A stretch of DNA of 64,000 nucleotides, taken from Rickettsiales bacterium (GTDB lineage: Bacteria; Pseudomonadota; Alphaproteobacteria; Rickettsiales; SXRF01). The notes below the pieces were generated by a model. The model did not search any database, was not told where the DNA came from, and was given only the letters and a program-made list of their open reading frames with translations. Below are positions 61,199 through 64,000 of this stretch, piece after piece. Position numbers and translations under genes: made by a program. The stretch is taken from the NCBI GenBank assembly GCA_025464625.1, contig JAOAUZ010000001.1:462848-526847 (forward strand). The letters run 5' to 3'. Every line of letters begins with the position of its first letter. Within the stretch, counting starts at the first letter, position 1.

Positions 61199-62413
61199 CT
61201 ACTCAATATCAAGAAATGTAAATCTGTCGCGAGTGAAGCGGGCAGTGTCGCATGCGGTTTTGAAATAGCTATTTTCCCAGCCTAATGCCTCAACGTTAGC
61301 TACTGATTCCGATTGTTTCAGAACAGATTCTAGCTGGTTGGATTTCATCATTATTTTTTCGACTTTAGCAGCAATACTATCCCAATTTATTTTTTCTAAT
61401 GACGAAATTAAACTTTGTTTTTTTGCTAATTCAACTACAAATTCTTCGGTTAATGGCGCGCCAAACAATTCAGATAAATGCTGCTTATCAAATTTTGCTT
61501 CTAATATTTTAGGAGTAATTTTTAGCAAAAATTCTTGTCTCTTTGCCATATGTAAAGAAGTTATTCCTATTTCTTCACCGTGCAGAGTTTTGTATTTTTT
61601 TACAGATTTTTTAAGCATGTTGTATGTGTGAGCAATCATATGTTCACCTTGGCTGGCTGGATAGCTTCCGCCAGCAACCGTCATCCCAATTCCCGAGAGT
61701 AATAATAATTCCATCAGGATTTTTATGGTTTTTTGATCATTTTTAGCAATGCCAACAGCATTATCAAATAATTCCGCTTCAGCATCTTCAAGCAATTTGA
61801 ATGATTTTTCATCATAAGCACTGTTAAATAACAAATGTGAAAGCAGCCAATCAGCCTGCGCTGTTGGGCGCGCCAAAGAATCACCAAGCCCGCTTTTTGT
61901 AAGCCTTACAGGCGCAGAACTTATAACCGAGAAATCACAAAAAACAGCTTTTGGCAGATGTGCAGGAAAAGTTGTTTTATGACCTTTTACAGTTATCGAA
62001 GCATTAGCAGAAAGATAGCCGTTCATTGATGCAGCGGTTGGAAACACAATGTACGGTTTGCCATCCAGATGCGCTGCATATTTGCACAAATCATTAATTG
62101 TTCCACCACCAACAGCAATGAGTGCATCACAGCTTGCAGTTTTTTTGCGTATATAATTTATTGCTTCATCGTCAGCTTCAAGACTATCTGCAAGAGTTAT
62201 ATGCAGGGCTTCAAAACGCCCATTAATTCCATTAAAAATTCTACTCCCAAACGCAAAATCGGTATTTACATCATCAACCACTGCAAAACGCATTGAGGGC
62301 AAAGCAAGTGCAACTAAATCGTCAATATCATGATGCAGTGATTTTTCACCTATAATGATGGGTATACTTGGCATCAACCCATGCAGAAGCTCTTTAGTTT
62401 TTTTGTTAAACAT
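61199..62413 (-). CDS. iron-containing alcohol dehydrogenase superfamily, glycerol-1-phosphate dehydrogenase-like (AraM/EgsA type)
   Basis: 404 aa. GGGTINDLCKYAA nucleotide motif; FPTAASMNGYLSANASI resembles the G1PDH PTAAS-DG motif but with Asn in place of Asp; later His residues in GEHMIAH. Family call is from memory. Confidence 0.6.
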   Translation of the reverse strand: MFNKKTKELLHGLMPSIPIIIGEKSLHHDIDDLVALALPSMRFAVVDDVNTDFAFGSRIFNGINGRFEALHITLADSLEADDEAINYIRKKTASCDALIAVGGGTINDLCKYAAHLDGKPYIVFPTAASMNGYLSANASITVKGHKTTFPAHLPKAVFCDFSVISSAPVRLTKSGLGDSLARPTAQADWLLSHLLFNSAYDEKSFKLLEDAEAELFDNAVGIAKNDQKTIKILMELLLLSGIGMTVAGGSYPASQGEHMIAHTYNMLKKSVKKYKTLHGEEIGITSLHMAKRQEFLLKITPKILEAKFDKQHLSELFGAPLTEEFVVELAKKQSLISSLEKINWDSIAAKVEKIMMKSNQLESVLKQSESVANVEALGWENSYFKTACDTARFTRDRFTFLDIE

Positions 62414-62513
62414 AGGAAATTATATTTGTTGTAATTAATTGTGGCATACTTATATTACCTTTAAGTTATAACTGCATTACCTATTTATCACTCAATTCCA
62501 TAAGGGAAATCCT

Positions 62514-62897
62514 ATGAAAAATATTATTAATATCATGTTAGCGATAATAGCTATTACCTTTACATCATCTGTAGCCGTTGCTGGAGATAGGGCGAAGGCA
62601 GCGCGCGATATATCCCCTAAAGCAACCTCTTCAACATATGCTTCAACTGAAACAACTCCCAACGCTGAGACCACTCCAGTTGAACTCTCAAAGCCTGAAA
62701 TTGCTATTGATAAGGCTATAAGCGCACCTAAAAATACTGAAATTAACGAAGTCGTTACAGATCCATATGGTGCTGAACCAATTAAACCTGCTGTTGAAGA
62801 AAAGAAGGCTGAGGTACAAAAGAAGCCTGCGCATAAAGCAAAGAAAAAATCTAAACACCGTAAAAAGAAACGCACCCACGTTCGCAAGAATGCATAA
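62514..62897 (+). CDS. small secreted protein with polybasic C-terminus
   Basis: 127 aa. Signal peptide MKNIINIMLAIIAITFTSSVAVA, Thr/Pro/Glu-rich middle, tail KKPAHKAKKKSKHRKKKRTHVRKNA. A terminator follows. Confidence 0.6.
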   Translation: MKNIINIMLAIIAITFTSSVAVAGDRAKAARDISPKATSSTYASTETTPNAETTPVELSKPEIAIDKAISAPKNTEINEVVTDPYGAEPIKPAVEEKKAEVQKKPAHKAKKKSKHRKKKRTHVRKNA

Positions 62898-62903
62898 AAA
62901 ATA

Positions 62904-62941
62904 ATAAAGCCTCAATCCTCGCAGATGGGGCTTTATTTTTT
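62904..62941 (+). terminator. rho-independent terminator
   Basis: ATAAAGCC (62904-62911) pairs with GGCTTTAT (62929-62936), followed by TTTTT. Confidence 0.65.
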
Positions 62942-62966
62942 ACCATTACTTGATATAAGTTAAGAT

Positions 62967-63791
62967 ATGAAAATTCTTGTTATTATTATATCAACTTTGT
63001 GTTCAATTTTTTTTATTCCTGCTAATGCTGCAGAAAATGAATTGACACAGCCTGAATCTAGCGAACAAAAACCTTTCACAGAATGGCTTGAAGAGTTGCG
63101 CGCTGAAGCAATTGAAAAAGGTATCTCAGCACAAACTCTCAATAATGCTTTTGAAGACATTAAACCACTTAAAACTGTAGTTTATTTGGATCGAAAACAA
63201 CCAGAACATAAAATTACAATTGAGGAATATCTTGAGAAAACATTTACGTCATACCGTATACAAAATGGAAAAAGAGAATTGTCAGAAAATAGAGAATTAC
63301 TTGGAACTGTTACAAAAAAATACTCAGTGCCTGAAAATGTAATTGTGGCTTTATGGGGTATGGAAACCAGCTACGGTGAAAATACAGGAAATTTCAATAT
63401 CATTTCTGCGCTGGTTACACTGGCATATGATGGTCGTCGCAGTGAATTTTTCCGCGAAGAGCTATTCAATGCCTTAAAAATTATGGATGCTGAAAAAATG
63501 TCTGTAGAAGATTTCCAAGGTTCATGGGCTGGAGCTTTTGGTCAATGCCAGTTCATGCCTAGCAGTTTTCTTAAATATGCGGTAGATTTCGATGGCGATG
63601 GTAAACGCGATATATGGTATACGCAGGCAGATGTGTTTGCTTCCATAGCCAATTACCTTCATTCTGAGGGCTGGAATCCAGATGAAACAATTGAAGAGGG
63701 TAGCAATAATTTTAAGGTCTTGCTTAAGTGGAATCGTTCACGCTATTTTGCTACAGCCATTGGTAAACTTGCAGAAGCAATCGGAGGATAA
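62967..63791 (+). CDS. lytic murein transglycosylase (MltB/SLT_2 family)
   Basis: 274 aa. Signal peptide, WGMETSYG catalytic-Glu context, GAFGQCQFMPSSF, DFDGDGKRDIW. Confidence 0.85.
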   Translation: MKILVIIISTLCSIFFIPANAAENELTQPESSEQKPFTEWLEELRAEAIEKGISAQTLNNAFEDIKPLKTVVYLDRKQPEHKITIEEYLEKTFTSYRIQNGKRELSENRELLGTVTKKYSVPENVIVALWGMETSYGENTGNFNIISALVTLAYDGRRSEFFREELFNALKIMDAEKMSVEDFQGSWAGAFGQCQFMPSSFLKYAVDFDGDGKRDIWYTQADVFASIANYLHSEGWNPDETIEEGSNNFKVLLKWNRSRYFATAIGKLAEAIGG

Positions 63792-63793
63792 AT

Positions 63794-64000
63794 ATGCCAT
63801 CATCTAACATTGGAAAAACAGCTATAATTTTTGCTGTGCTTCTGCTTGCTTCATGCGCTCCAAAAGAGAAACCGTTTACTGGCGTAAAAATTGGTAAACC
63901 TTATGAAATAAACGGGAAGATGTATTACCCATCGCCTGATGATTATTATGATAAAATCGGCGATGCTTCATGGTATGGTCCAGGATTTCACGGAAATAAA
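63794..64000 (+). CDS. rlpA: septal ring lytic transglycosylase RlpA-like lipoprotein (5' part only)
   Basis: Starts at ATG 63794. Lipobox LLASC. ASWYGPGFHGN is the typical start of the RlpA DPBB domain. Runs off the window. Confidence 0.8.
   Translation, partial: MPSSNIGKTAIIFAVLLLASCAPKEKPFTGVKIGKPYEINGKMYYPSPDDYYDKIGDASWYGPGFHGNK

Overview
This is a 64-kb chromosomal segment from a low-GC genome (about 40% by eye) whose synteny looks alphaproteobacterial. It is densely coding and mostly housekeeping.

Main content:
- Replication cluster rpsT-(rhodanese)-dnaA-dnaN-(lipoprotein)-recF-gyrB.
- A Tad/Cpa pilus operon (cpaB-cpaC-cpaD-cpaE-cpaF-tadB-tadC) with no pilin or prepilin peptidase gene in the window.
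- kdsD-lptC-lptA-lptB-rpoN and proA-nadD-rsfS-(acyltransferase)-rlmH.
- spoT, thrS-infC, sdhA, acnA, eno-ftsB, ccmAB and one tRNA-Pro(UGG).
- I saw no rRNA, CRISPR array, transposase or integrase.

Non-standard content:
1. A family of palindromic RPE/REP-like elements, seven copies at six loci. Five loci lie between convergent gene ends, and two copies supply the last codons and stop of a gene.
2. A second, N-terminally short CpaF-type ATPase in an orphan-gene islet next to tRNA-Pro. That tRNA is flanked by fragments of its own sequence.
3. Three tandem genes for signal-less Ala/Lys/Glu-rich proteins. Two carry canonical EF-hand loops, and two share a duplicated 80-nt leader.
4. An AT-rich orphan islet where hpf-ptsN normally follow rpoN.
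5. Apparent non-canonical or coupled translation starts for rnd, rsfS and infC.
6. An AT-rich intergenic region with DnaA-box-like 9-mers at a local strand-orientation switch next to dnaA.

I did not recognise a complete novel multi-gene system. The strongest candidates are listed with explicit tests. All calls rest on reading the sequence and the supplied ORF translations; no searches were run.
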